Shown here piece by piece: positions 36,287 through 48,979 of a DNA stretch of 64,000 nt. The stretch lies in NCBI GenBank assembly GCA_973895155.1, contig OZ316893.1, forward strand, positions 11,734,359-11,798,358, read 5' to 3'. The position numbers and the translations under genes were made by a program. The DNA is from Marsupella aquatica (lineage: Eukaryota > Plantae > Marchantiophyta). Position 1 is the first letter of the stretch. Each line of letters starts with the position of its first letter. The notes beneath the pieces were generated by a model, which was not told the origin of the DNA, searched no databases, and saw only the letters and a list, made by a program, of their open reading frames with translations.

Positions 36287-38995
36287 TCAATCATCCACAG
36301 GAAGTTTCCTTTGGGAGGAATGAGCGGGAATAGTCACAGTAGGTGAGTTTCCGCCAAGTGCTTGACTCAAGAATCCAAGAGGTGTCTTCACCAACACCAA
36401 ACGCTTATAATTGACATGAACGCCACACTCAGGGGAAAAAGGTATTGTATCTGGACTCGACAACGTTTGGCTACAGTTCACCTTCCTAGCTGATTCTTGT
36501 TCAACCTTTCGTTTCTTCCCCGACTCCCCACCCTCTACTTTTGGTGTCACCAAAGGTATCTTAGACGATCCGTCCTCAGGCTCATCATCGCCTATATCAA
36601 TGATGGAAGTGGCCTCCATGGCGCTCAAATACATGAGAGCTTGGCCGTGAGAATCCCCCTGAAAATACAATCACCGAATAATTACAGGAGTTGACAAAAT
36701 CATACGGGTGCAAACATAACAGGCAAAAATGTGTCTACAAACTATAAAGAGATGTGCAGGCACAAATAATTCAGAAGATTGCTTTACAAATTCAAACCTG
36801 TGATTGAGCTGTTTGAACTATCCGCGAAACCTCTCTTCGTCTTCCCAAACATCTGCCCTTCTTCCCATACATATCTTTTAAGTCTGTTATGTAAGAATGC
36901 CGTGATTCAACCGGACTTGGTGATGCATATGAACTTGGTAAACCCCAACTTCGCAACCAATCATCACTGAAGGCATAGGAGCATGCCAAACACTTAGCAC
37001 TCTGTTCTGATGAACCAAGTATTGGAAATAGACAACTCGGATGGTAGGTGTGCCCACAAGATGCTGGAATCCAGTTGAAGCAATGAAACCCATTGCAACA
37101 CACTGGACAAACAGTAAGTGAAGCTTGGACTCCTACAGATCGACAAGAAGTAGGAATAAAACGAGGAGCTAACACAGGGCAAGGATGCTTCAAAACTTTG
37201 TTTAAAATGGAATGTTCCTGAGATTGAGCTTCCAGAAGCTCCTCCACCCCCTTAACGACAATCTCCCTTTCTTCCACGACTTTGGTCAATCTTGCCACCT
37301 TGCTTGGCAAGTCTTTGAACATATGATCTTTGTCGGTGTGGAGCATCCTCAACACAGTCAACTCATCTGAAATTCATCTTGACCGGGAGTTCAACATCTC
37401 AATTGTGGCCTCATGCTGCTTCAGATCAGTCTGAAGGTGTGTCAAGTAATCGTTGGGGGTCTGTCATAAAGAATAAAAAACAGAGTGTCATTCATCAACT
37501 CACAAATCATATTAGCTGCAAGCTACTAATCTCAGATTTCCAACGTTAGTGAAGAGAATAAATAGAAAGTGCGATAAAAACTAATGTGGAAATTGATCAG
37601 AGTGAAACCTCATCGTCTTCACATTGGTTGCCTTCTTCCAACTCAATGGCATTCGTGGTTTCTTCATGCTTCTCTTCTTCATTTGATACTGAATCCTTTA
37701 CAAGCTTCAACTCCTCCTCTAGTTTGCAAATTTGATGATGAATCCGCTGCAGTGCACTTCGCCGGTCGCACTCTGAAGATTTCAAATTTTCCAGGCTTCG
37801 AAGAAGTTTCTGAACATCTTCGCGGGCCTCTCTTACTTGGTTCTTACTCCATGACATTTCTGATTCAAGCATGGATAGTAACAAGGCACGAGGGGGGGTA
37901 CTTGGCAACTGCGCAAGAGTGGAAGGACTTGGCCGCACCCACGGAATAGGGGAGGCAGATGCAGTACCAAGTAGCTCAGCAGGAACTTTTTCGAGGGAAA
38001 GAACATCCCATCCGCTCTCGGGGATTGGAGACTTCATCGTTGGCTCTTTCAAAGAGAGGCTTGAAGGAACTCGGGGAGGAACTGCCTCATGAATTGCATC
38101 CTCAATAACTTGTGCATCTGCGTGCTTATAGACACGACCAGTCTTCCTTACACAAGGGGGCCCATTAGGCTTACCTTTGCCTTCTCTATGCCACTGAACA
38201 ATCTGGCCTTTCAACTTAGATGCAGTGTATGCGGCCCAATTAACTGTCCTCCCCAACACTCGCTCAGCATACACTCCCTTAACAAATGTATGTGCCTTGG
38301 AACACTCCATTGACCGGCTTCTCATATCCATCGACAACTTGGGATAAATGTAAGACATCCTCTTGTGGCAAGCCTGTGCAACTACCTAGTTTGTAACCGC
38401 TCCGTCCCTTATCTCCAAAGCACGTGACTAGCATTTCCTCACTGATGTCAATGATTCTATGGAGATTTTCGCCTTCATTCGGAAGGCCAAACTGGGTAGC
38501 AAAGAAGTGAGCGTCCTTGTAAAAATTGGCTGGATCCCATTCGTTGTCTGTCGCCTCTGAAGCTGGCTTCACTCTACCTTTAGATTTCTCAATAGATGCT
38601 ACCGCTCGAGCAACACAATCATCTGAACTGGGTTTTCCTTTAGAGAGTTTGACTAACACAGACCCGGCTGGATCCCATTCGTTGTCTGTCGCCTCTGAAG
38701 TTGGTTTGACTCTACCTTTAGATTTCTCAATAGATGCTACCGCTCGAGCACCACGATCATCTGAACTGGGTTTTCCTTTAGAGAGTTTGTTGACTAACAC
38801 AGACCCGGTTGAGCGTTCTTGAGGAGAGTTTTCTAATGACCCTACACCCTCACCTCCATCAACGGGCAATGGAAGTGGGTATCCATCAAAACAACTATGA
38901 AAAGTCCTGACTAAATCTGATGAGAGTTCTGGTAAATCTAAAGTAGAGAAGGTTACGTCAAATATCGATGAAAGGAAGTAGAATAGGTGGTGCAT
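36287..38995 (-). pseudogene. Spliced cargo gene: helical domain, coiled coil and RING-H2 finger (5' end uncertain)
   Basis: Exons about 38995-37609, 37460-36798 and 36658-36287, joined by phase-0 GT-AG introns. CPVC(x13)CGHTYHPSC(x13)CLAC is C3H2C3. Frameshift near 38300 and in-frame TGA at 37374-37376. A 46-47-aa tandem duplication lies at about 38529-38808. Confidence 0.72.
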
Positions 38996-41900
38996 TAGGT
39001 ATCAAAGTTACAAGCGTACCCTCAGTCTGGCCTGCGGAGCACATCACGCTCATGAAGTAGCACTTCCACCCAAACCTGTGCAAACTCTCCATGCCCACAA
39101 CATGTCAAAGACCATGTATGCAACATTTGCACCATCGTTGATTTGAAAGTTCTTGAGTTTACAAGCACCTATCGCCGAACGCGTTGCGACTGTGAGGAAT
39201 ATGAAGGTCTATCTAGAATTGGTTGAAACTGCAACAAAGCAACATTTGCTTACCCGAGCTCTAAACCAATGTCACCAAACCGCACCACCTTAGAAAAGAT
39301 TTGAAAGAATAGAGAGTCCGCAATGCTATATTTCCTTCAAGCACTAAAATTGAAACATTCGGCGGAACTCCTCAACGTTCATTGTCGACATTTACTGTCG
39401 ACATCCACTACTTTGCGATATTCAGTCTCGTTCAGTCTCGCCACCATTGTCATTGACAATCCCCTAAGCCTCCCAAACAAACTACTTTGCGACACTACTC
39501 GGCGTTCACTCCCCCCGCCACTGTCGTTGAGTATCCCCAAAGCCTCCCGAACATCTGGAAATCTAAGGCACAGCAGGCCCCAGCGGCCAATTCCTCACCG
39601 TTGATGGAAACCCGCGGATGGCACGGAAGCCGCGCGGCTATTTCAAACTTGGCGGCGATTTCAAACTCTGGGAATGACGGAACTGGTCCCCTCCTTCTTC
39701 TCTGTGGAAGGACCTTAGTGGCTAGAAATGATGCGATGTCCTTTTGCGTCATTAATTCCTTCACGGGGTTGAAGTCCTTGGTGGCCCCACTATCCTTCAA
39801 TCTTGATCGTTGATCTTCATATCACCACAAGGACTACCTCTCCATTTTGGTGATCCTTTTTGCGTCCTTTTGCCCCCCTCAAGCTTGCAATTGACCGATC
39901 ATATGTCGTAAGAAAACTAATTTTTGTGATGTGTTGGTCCGCAAGTATGGTGAAATAGGGTTTAATAGTATATTAGTTTCACCTGAACCTTTCTTAATAC
40001 CCACTACTTTTGTTACTAGAATTATCATTTTAGTTTTAGTGTAAAACTTATGGACATGCAAGGTTAACTTCATAAGAGCCAACATGCTCTTACCAAAAAA
40101 CACGGTCACCGGACATAAGTGGCGACCATACTAGGGAATCGCTGGATTTTGAAGTTAGCTTGTGCATGTTTAAGTTCTAATGGATGGAGAGAGATATGAT
40201 TTTGGAACTTTGAGTCTTTAACTTGTTTATATTATTAAGTCAAGAGGGAAGAATTCCAATCATGGGAACTGAGATGAATCCAACTGACATGGAGAGGTTT
40301 TCATCTTTGATTGTTGCTTACTTACATGGAATGAAGAAGAAGGAGATGGAGGAGAATAAGAAGAAATAGTTGCTTGGTAGGATCACAAAGTACCTACACT
40401 CGGTTCTTACATAGCAAGGAGAATTTGATGGGCGGAATGCAACCAAGTAACTCAAGGGGTGCTGGACGGAGGCTACAGTTCATAAGATGGATGCAGAAGT
40501 TGCAATCAAGGAGTTTGTATCTTTAGTAGAACCTGAACTCAAGGGAATTGTTACTACCTTGATAGATGGAGCTACTGGAGAAAAGGCATGGAAGGTCTTT
40601 GAGTTGAAAATGAAATAAGAATTTCAGCTTGAAGATCCATATCGGGTTACTCAAGCATCTTTCCTTGATTGGATGACCGATAGAAACAAGAAGTTGGGAC
40701 CTCAAGAGCTGATAAGGGAGTTTACAAAGAAGTTCAATCAGCTTCCTGAGATTGGTTTTGAAGTTATCAAGGTACAGAAGGCTACTTTACTTAACCAAGC
40801 TGCTGATGAGAAACTTCAAGATGAGTTAGAACTTGCTCTGGAATTGATGAACCCAAGTCGTGGAGCCAGTCCACCAACTTGGGAGGAGATTGAGATTGTT
40901 GTGCTTAGGGTCAGCCAAAAGCATAGAAAAAAGAAGCTGAGTCATGAAGGTGCTCTAGATGCGGTTGCACCTGTGACTTCTATGAGGAGAATGGAGAAAA
41001 TGAAGTCAACAATTGGTAGGGGTGAGAAAAGCATGGACAAAATGGATGAGTTGTCTGAACTCATGAAAAATCTTACTATTCTTGCCACCCAAGCCTTCGA
41101 GCAGATGGGAGAAGGTGCATCAAAACCAGCGCCAAGAGGTGGTCCAGGAGCTGGGAGTTTCATTGGTGGAGCAAGGAGTTGGAATTGTATTTGGTGTGAC
41201 AGCAAGGAGCACTCGAGCCGTGAATGCGGGGAGCTTTTTGTTGCTCTGAGAGAGAGTATAGTCAAGTTCATTGATCATGATGGCATAAGAAAGCTTGTTT
41301 ATCATGATTCAAGATAACTTATTCCAGTAAACACAAACAAGGGCGGTATGAAGATGTTGGTGGAGAGAAGAATAATTGAACATCATACTTCAACCATTGC
41401 ATCAGCTTTTGGAGATCAGGATGAGCATGAAACAGATGTTTACACCTCTTTGGGAGTTCTTCATCAGCAGAGACAAACAAGAAGAGACTAGCAGAGTTTG
41501 TAAGGTGGAAGTCAGGTTGGAGTGATCCAGTATTGATTTCTTCTTTCACTATAGAAGTGGGATCTCTATGGGATTCTATGGTGGAGGAGAAACAAAAGTT
41601 GTCGGAACCTTTGGAAGAACGTGCTAAAGGAAAACAGAAGGTTGAGCCTGGACCCTCTATTTTGCAGCCATCATCAGGAGTCCCAACAAGGAGGAGTGTT
41701 CAATTTGAAGATAGAGGAAGTACAACAAAGGAGCCTACTTTGACTCCTTCATCCTCAAAGGAGATGGAAGTGGTAAAAAAAGAAGGTGGAAAAGAAAGGA
41801 CCTGGTTGGGTCCTTGGAAGAGATGTTGAGTAGCACATTGCGTATGATCAAGTTGCTGAAAAGTTTTGGAAAGCGAAGGTGAGTGGAGTCACCAATGAGG

Positions 41901-44214
41901 AGTTTTTTGCTTGCATGAACTCAAAGGCTCAAGATGCATTACTTGCAAAGGTGAAACAAAAACACTTTTACAAAGAAGGACCTCATGCCTTGGGAATGAA
42001 GGTTTTTTCTGATGTTGATGAAGATGGAGAAGGTTCAATTGTTTCTCAAGCCAGTGTGGAGTGTGAAGTGTATCAAGTGAATGCGGAGAAGATCCCTAGA
42101 CCACAGATGCTAGGGTCTTCAACAAAGGAAGTTCCTGAACCAAAGATGTCAAGAGTTGAGGTATTGGAGAGGTGAAAACCATTGGTGAAAGCAACAACAG
42201 GATTTGAGTGACCCAGGATATGACAAAAATTAGTCGAGAAGAGGTGCTCAAGGCCTCACAAAGTGTGTGGGTCATGTGTGCTTCAGCTATGAAGAATCCT
42301 GATTCAGGAGACGACAAGGAGTCCATCTTGGAGCCATTTTGGGCAAGAACTTGCTCAGTTGTGAAGGTAGAGCTTGTAGGAATGGAGGGCAAAGCTTGAG
42401 CATTGATTGACACAGGATCTGAGGTGAATCTGATGTCAAGAAGCATCTATGATCTTGGGCAATGGATGATTGATTGTGATACTCAATGGTCTGTCAACTC
42501 AATCAATCGTTCAAAGAATATACTTTGGGGAGGATGCCCTATCTGAGTATCAGTGAAGGTTGGTCATGTGATAGAACCAACTAACATCTTTGTGCATGAT
42601 AGCTTGCCCTATGATCTCATTCTAGGGCAACCTTATATTACTCAAACTCGAATGAAGTACACTTAGATCCTACCAGATGGCACTCATATGGCAAAGGTGA
42701 GGAATCGAGATGAATTGCAAGTTATCCAATTTTTTGTAGTGAAACCTGGACATTGGAGGAATCGAAAGGAGTTGAGAGGACCTGAACCCAAGGAGGGAAA
42801 TGAGGATTTCCGAAAGGCATCTCGTTAAGCAATTCGGGAAGGTGGGGCGCCATCGCCAATGACCCGCTAGTGACTTGGAATGTGAATAGTTTGTTGGCAA
42901 GCTCATTTGAAGGTGAAAGTTTACATTGTCAAATTTCTTATGTGAAAGTGTGCGAAGCTACTAAAAAATTCAAACAGAAAATTGCATGGATTGAGGATAC
43001 TATGCAAATACATGGATTGCCTAGAGGAAAGTGAAGAGATTGAAGACCTTCTAGATGAAGAAGTAGAAGTGTTTTTGAAAGAAATAATTGAAGGTCTTTC
43101 AGGGAAGAAAGCTCATATAGAAATCAATCATGAGCTGTATGGCGAGTTGTCTCAATTTGTTGAGGACAACACCAAGTACAAAACAGTGGAGAAGAAAGTG
43201 AGACCAACAACAATTCCTTTATCTTTGGATGCTAGGGAGATTTTGGAGAAGGCTGGTAAAGAGACCAGTCTTAGAGATCGGACTAAGATTGGCCATAAAT
43301 TCACGAAGGAGACCCTTAATCAACTAAGGATTGGTGATAATGGGTTGCTGACAAAATAAGAGAGAGAGGAGTTTTGGCAAATGATTGGTGAGCATGGTAA
43401 GGCTTTTGCCTTTTGTCCTGAAGAGATCATGGGATGTGTGGATCTTAGTGTTGTTACTCCTATGGTAATTTTCACTGTCCCACATGTTCATTGGGACTTG
43501 AAACCCATTCCAATGCCCAAGGCTTTGTTACCCAAACTTATTGATCTATTGAAGGAGAAGCTTTCCACTAGGATTTTGGAAAGAGCAGATGCACCTTATT
43601 CTAATCGTTGGTTTATCATTCGTAAGAAAAATGGTAAACTTAGATTTATTTAGGACATGCAACCACCTAACAAGGTTACTATTTGCAATACTAGAATAGG
43701 ACCTATAGTAGATGAGTTTGCGGAAGAATTTGCTGGTAGAGTGTGACGGAGTTTCCGTCACCAAAATCCTCAATAATTGTCTACTGGGTTGTGCCATGTA
43801 AATAACCATTGTAAATAAGCCGTTTTTTTAATTTTTGAGTTAATTCCGTTCTTTCAAGTTGGTGCTACCAAGAGGACTTTACTTTATTTCCTTCTCAAAA
43901 TTGTTCTAAATGGTCACGACAACCTTAGGGGGGCAATGGTGGCCTGGCCATTTTGCTTGAACCATTGTCAAGTTCCCCCTATAAGTCCAAGGGGTTAACT
44001 TTTCTTTTTGGGGTTAAATGGGTATAACCACAACAAGGGCCAAAAGAAGAGAATGAGTTCTTTTGAGAGGTTAAAAGTTGTTGGAGTAAGGACGCCACCT
44101 GGCATCTCCATAAGGTAAGTCGGGGCGCGGGAGGCAACCGAGGCGCATGGCAAGAAGGAGCTGGGGGGATTAAACCCCTCTTGAGGAGCCCTCTTAATAG
44201 GGCCCCGCGAATGA

Positions 44215-44450
44215 ACAGAGGAAAGGAGGAGCGCCGCGAGGAAAGAAGGAGCACCGCAAGGAAAGGAGGAGCGCCGCGAGGGAAGGAGGAGCCCCGCGAG
44301 TAGGCGAGGCACAGCTGCAAGGAAAGAAGAAGCGCCGCAAGGAAAGAAGGAGCGCCGCGAGGAAAAGAGAAGCTCCGTGAGTAGGCGAGGCGTATCCGCA
44401 AGGAAGAAGGGGGCTGCCAGGGCGTAGGCGAGGCGCAGCCGCGAGGAGGA
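44215..44450. repeat. About 21-bp purine/GC-rich tandem repeat (ggaaaggaggagcgccgcga)
   Basis: Multiple adjacent variant copies. Confidence 0.8.
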
Positions 44451-44827
44451 GTAAAGGGGGTGTCGGCAAACAAGGTGCAACCGCGAGGGAAAATTAGCAA
44501 AGGAGCCACGGGGTTTCCTTTTTTTCCTATTTTCTCACTCCCTCTCTTTTGCAAGACTAACTCTTGCCGAAAGCAAAAACTCGGGCTCTCTCTCAACTCT
44601 TGCCGAAAGCTCTCTCCACATTTTGCAATTATTCTGGAAGCTCTTTCTCATGGTCAATTGTTGGGGCTTGTTGGCATGATTCTTCCAGGCATTAGCGGCA
44701 GCAGCACGGAGTGGTTTCTGGGGGAATTGAGGGTAATTGATTGATTGGGATACGGGGGCCGTTTCGGGCCAGGGAATTGACATTGCTACGGGTGATGGGA
44801 ATTGGTAATTGAGGATTTGATTTCTGG

Positions 44828-46750
44828 ATGTTGGATCAACCGGAGTTTAGTGCGGCACGCATTTGGAGATACAAGGCTGCTTACCGTGACTACATTGAGA
44901 CATTGATTGCAAGAGAGAGAGAAGAGAGAGAAGCTACGATGAGTACTGGACTGGCGGCAAGTTCCGCACCGGTGAGTAGGAAGGTTTTCCGTCAAATTTA
45001 TCCCAAAACCTCCGCCAAGGTGATGGAGGATTGTGGGAATATTTTTCTGGCCACCGGGCTCACGGAGTTCATGAAGGTGGAGATTACAATCCCTTCGGGG
45101 AAGAATTGGAACATTGAGGCCGGGATGGAGTTACGCACGGAAGGAATCTACTTTGAATGTCTCCAACGGGTACTGCCCCATGTGGAGTTAGCTAAGCTTC
45201 TATTTCTGGAGAACCAACAATTCTCATTCACACCTCAAAACATAAGGGGAGAGCTCACGTTGACAATGGTGGCCGGTTGGGTGATTAATCCCACCTCCAC
45301 TACTTCCATTCCTCTTTCCGCCGTCAAGGATGCTGAGCACAAGGGATTTCTGGCCAAGGTTCATCAATGGATCCTTGGTAACGTGCAATCCGGGGTGGTG
45401 AATGGAGAGAATTTCGTGGTAGCTATGGACATCCAGCCCATGTGTACGGATGGTGGTACTACGGGTTGAAGAAGCTATTGGACGCCGATCCCGGGAGTGT
45501 GAAACCAGGTGGGGCTGTACATTTGATGGGGTCATTTTTGCTGGCCAGAGCAAAAGGGTGGATTTTTTCCTAGGGACAGGAAGACTCTGGATCATCCCTT
45601 ACCACGGAAATCAGGAGTATTGCCACTACCATCTTGGGGAAACTAACGGAGGGATCATCGTCGGCGGTTGGGAATGATAATAGAGAGGAAGAAAACCAGG
45701 ATGAGGACTCCACATTGGAGTGACTTGAATCACTTGTGGAAGATCCGGAGGAGCCCCTGGTCTACGACATTCCTGATGTCTACCTAGCGGAGTTACGGGA
45801 TTTCCGGCAGGGAGTTCATGAGGGACTCAAGCTAGTCCACGCATTGAGAGATTCTCTCAAGTAGGCCACCGCCAGAATAGAGACTTTGGAGCACAGTGCC
45901 CTATCTATGAAGGAGGTGATCAAGGCCAAGGAGGAGGCCATTCATGAGAAGGTTAATCTTCTCCAAGCAGCTCACGTAGAGATCTCCAACTTGAAGGGAG
46001 CCTTGTCCACCAAGGCCAAGGAAGCGGAAGAGGTTGGAGTATTGAAACAAGCATTGGCCAAAGAGAAGCAGAATTCTGGAGAGGTGGTGGAGTTAAGAGC
46101 CCAGGTGGGAGCACTGCGGAGTCAAATGGTGATCTTTGAGACAAGGGCTAAGAGGAGTGAGGCCTTGAGTCTGGGGAAACGGAAGAGCCCCTGCACACCT
46201 AGCTCCACACTTTCCCCGAATTTGATCTCCAGGGCCATTGAGATGGTGGTAAAGGAAGTCAGTGGGAAGTATGGACCCCTGTTGGATGCCGCCAAGAAGA
46301 GTCAAGAGAAGAGCAAGAACTTAGAGAAGAAGCTCAGGGAGGTACGTAAATCGTTACAGGAGGCTCAGGTCAACGCGAGGACCCCAGGGATGCCACCGTG
46401 ATCTTTCACCCCTGGGACTCCCATAGCCACCGGGCAGGTTTTACCGTTGGAGTTCCGGTCCGGTGAAGAGGCTGCCTTATGGAAGGACACCATTGGTGAG
46501 GGGTACATCAAAGCATGGCAGGCCTTGGCCATTTGAGGAAGCAGGGGAGCACTAGCACAAGGAGTACCCCGGTGAAGAAAAAGAGGGGTGAAGTGGCACT
46601 CACTCCAGTGGAGAGTGATGAGGAGGCCCACTCACGGGGCTCAAGCCAGGGCACCGTGAGTGAAGAGGAGGAGAATTAGAGTGGTCGTACGGATGTGGTT
46701 GTACGGCCCCTTGACTTTTCCACTTTTTTGTGAGGGGTCACTCACGGGCT
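44828..46750 (+). pseudogene. Decayed accessory ORF (helical N-terminus and coiled coil) inside the 4-kb insertion; 3' end approximate
   Basis: ORF pieces 44828-45469 and 45886-46401 (E/K/L-rich heptads) separated by stops and a frameshift; coding-like sequence continues past TGA 46401. Confidence 0.55.
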
Positions 46751-48979
46751 TGTTGGAAAGAGCTCACGGAGATGATTCCAACAAGAGGCGGCGCTCCTCA
46801 AACGGAGCCAGGATGAGCAAGTTAGGGCCCGACGAAGTTGGGTTTACGGATACTGAAACGACCATAACTTGGTCGTCCAATGTCCGTTGCAAGAGCGGTT
46901 GAGTGATTCATGATTAGGAGGAGGGGGACTATCCAGGGGTGAACTCAGAAGTGCAAGTGGAAGGGCACCTAGTTTCGGCCATTGTTAGGTTCCTTGCAAT
47001 TTCACGGTTCACGGAGTAATGTTGGGGCGTCGTCGAAGGCACCGTCGGCCCCATTGTTAGTTTAGGGTTTAGGGTTTTAGAAGCATGTGTGCGCCGCATG
47101 ATTTTAGTTTAGGGGTTTCTTAGTGAAGGATTTTGCGGGCGCCGCTAGGGTAAGCCACCATCGTTGTGGCCCCGTGAGGGGTGCTTTGGTGTGTTTTTTG
47201 GTATTTAGGGGGAGAACCCCGGAGTAGCTAGGGGGGAACTCAGTCTAGTGTTTGTTTCGGGGAGTTAGCTCATAGCCAGAAAAGGGGAATCAAGCCAGAG
47301 TAATGAGGTAGAGGTGTAGCACTTGCCCAATGAGGCAGCAGTTGGGCAGACGGCCGGAGGCCGGGTTGTCCTTGCAATGTGTTACAACGTTTTGCCAAAA
47401 GATATGGATTTGGTTTGATTCCTCAAGTTTTGGTGTGGCGTTATCTTTTCTGGTTCAAGATTGTGTTCTTTCCGCAAGAAGTGTCTAAGGAATCCTTGCA
47501 CGGTTTGGTCAACCCTGTGAGTAGGAGGGGTGGTGACAACACTCCACCAACGACCAATAGGAGTGTGTGTGTGGCGTAGTCCATGGGACTTGATGAAAAG
47601 CAGAGCGGCTAGTCGGTAGACTTGATCAAAAATTACATTTCCGGGAGCGGAAATAAACATACTCATCCTACATGCAATAGAATCCTAATAGCGTCCCTCC
47701 AGGTTCCCGTCATACGATAACAAACAATTTTAGTAGGAGTAAATACATATTTGTCATGTAAATCGTTTGATAAGCAAGTGACATAGAGCCATCTATTCAT
47801 GTGGTGACCTCTATTCAGACTATGATCAGTTTTAGTTGGCTCAGAGTAGTAGAGAGGACACCTTTCGGGCTACTTTGCATGTGTACCTTGCCTCAAGGGG
47901 CAACCAATTTGGTGGCTCACATGCAGAATGCCATGAATAAGGTATTACACCGTTTCATTCCAGAGAAGACACAACCATTTCTTGATGATATGCCAATCAA
48001 GGGATGCTTGGAGACAAAGAAAGATGAGACTATACGTGAAGATGGCTTGCGAAAATTTGTATGAGAGCACATTCAAGATGTGAAAACAATCTTGAAGAGG
48101 TTGATTGAGGTTGGGCTCACTCTTTCTGGTGAGAAATCTTCATTTGGGCTTCGTGAAGTCCTAATTGTAGGACAAATTTGTGGAGTTGATGGGAGGAAGC
48201 CAAATGAAGGAAAGGTAAATGCAATCAATCAGATGAAAGATTGTAGGACAACTTTGGAGGTGTGAAGGTTCCTTGGCACTTGCTTGTTCTATAGGATCTG
48301 GATTCCTCACTTTGCACATATTGCTGATCCTTTGTACGGATTATTGAGAAAGAATGTGCACTTTGTTTGGACAGAGGCACATAAGGAGACTATGCAAAGG
48401 TTAAAGGACTTCCACAAAAATGACATATCATGTACGACGAAGGATATGGTCATTTTATTGGTTTTAAGGGAAGACTTAAGAATTTTTGCATAAGAACAAT
48501 ATGGTCTTTTAAATTCAATTTTGAGACTTATAAGAACACTAGGGTCTTTTTAATCCAATTTTTAGAATATTCCAAGAATATTCTAACTTTATAGGGGTTA
48601 AAAAATAAAGATTTTTTTTCTTACATTGTAGGGGATCCGAGGCCTAAAAATGTCACTGGTGATAGGGAGGTCCCCATATAGTGAGACCCAAGAGGACACT
48701 TGTACCAGATGCACTTTACACTCTCGAGACACCCCCCCTCCCCACCTGGCCCACTCACCCCAGATTTTTTAAAAGAACTAAGACAATGCCCCCTGCCCCC
48801 AAATAAATAAATAAATAAATAAAGATCTGGCAAATTTTAGACACCCTAATACTGTAGTGGAGTCCAATGACCAGAAATTAAGCTGCTGGTCACCCAGGGG
48901 TAGTAGAGACAATCAATTGTCCTCCCACTCTTGCACCCACTCACACTCACCACATACCATCCACACAGCCCCCTTGTGA

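Larger units (their letters stand above)
28507..39896. mobile_element. 11.4-kb Sola2-like TIR DNA transposon with cargo genes
   Basis: Perfect 29-bp TIR GGTCAATTGCAAGCTTGAGGGGGGCAAAA; TSD GATC at 28503-28506 and 39897-39900. The related LTR at about 61915-61940 has one GATC at the same position (empty site). Confidence 0.93.
43742..47783. mobile_element. 4.0-kb LTR-type insertion (probable solo LTR) with a decayed internal ORF, inserted in the Gypsy RT
   Basis: Termini TGTGAC...GTGACA; 5-bp TSD TAGAG at 43737-43741 and 47784-47788. Excision restores EEFAGRAIYSCGDLYS. No second LTR copy, gag or pol seen inside. Confidence 0.88.
27564..48420 (+). mobile_element. Decayed Ty3/Gypsy element (5' LTR, PBS, gag, protease, RT), 3'-truncated, hosting two large nested insertions
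   Basis: LTR halves 27564-28506 and 39901-40115 (ending GGACA) match the reverse complement of 61710-62839. PBS-like TGGCGACCATACTAGGGA at 40120-40137. Gag knuckle CIWCDSKEHSSREC, protease ALIDTGSEVNLMS near 42400, RT PYSNRWF...LPQGATN...PFLDDM. Many stops. Confidence 0.88.

Noticed and set aside
43979-44596. Minus-strand ORFs of 205, 161 and 91 aa
   Set aside because: They are by-products of a stop-poor GC-rich 21-bp tandem repeat.
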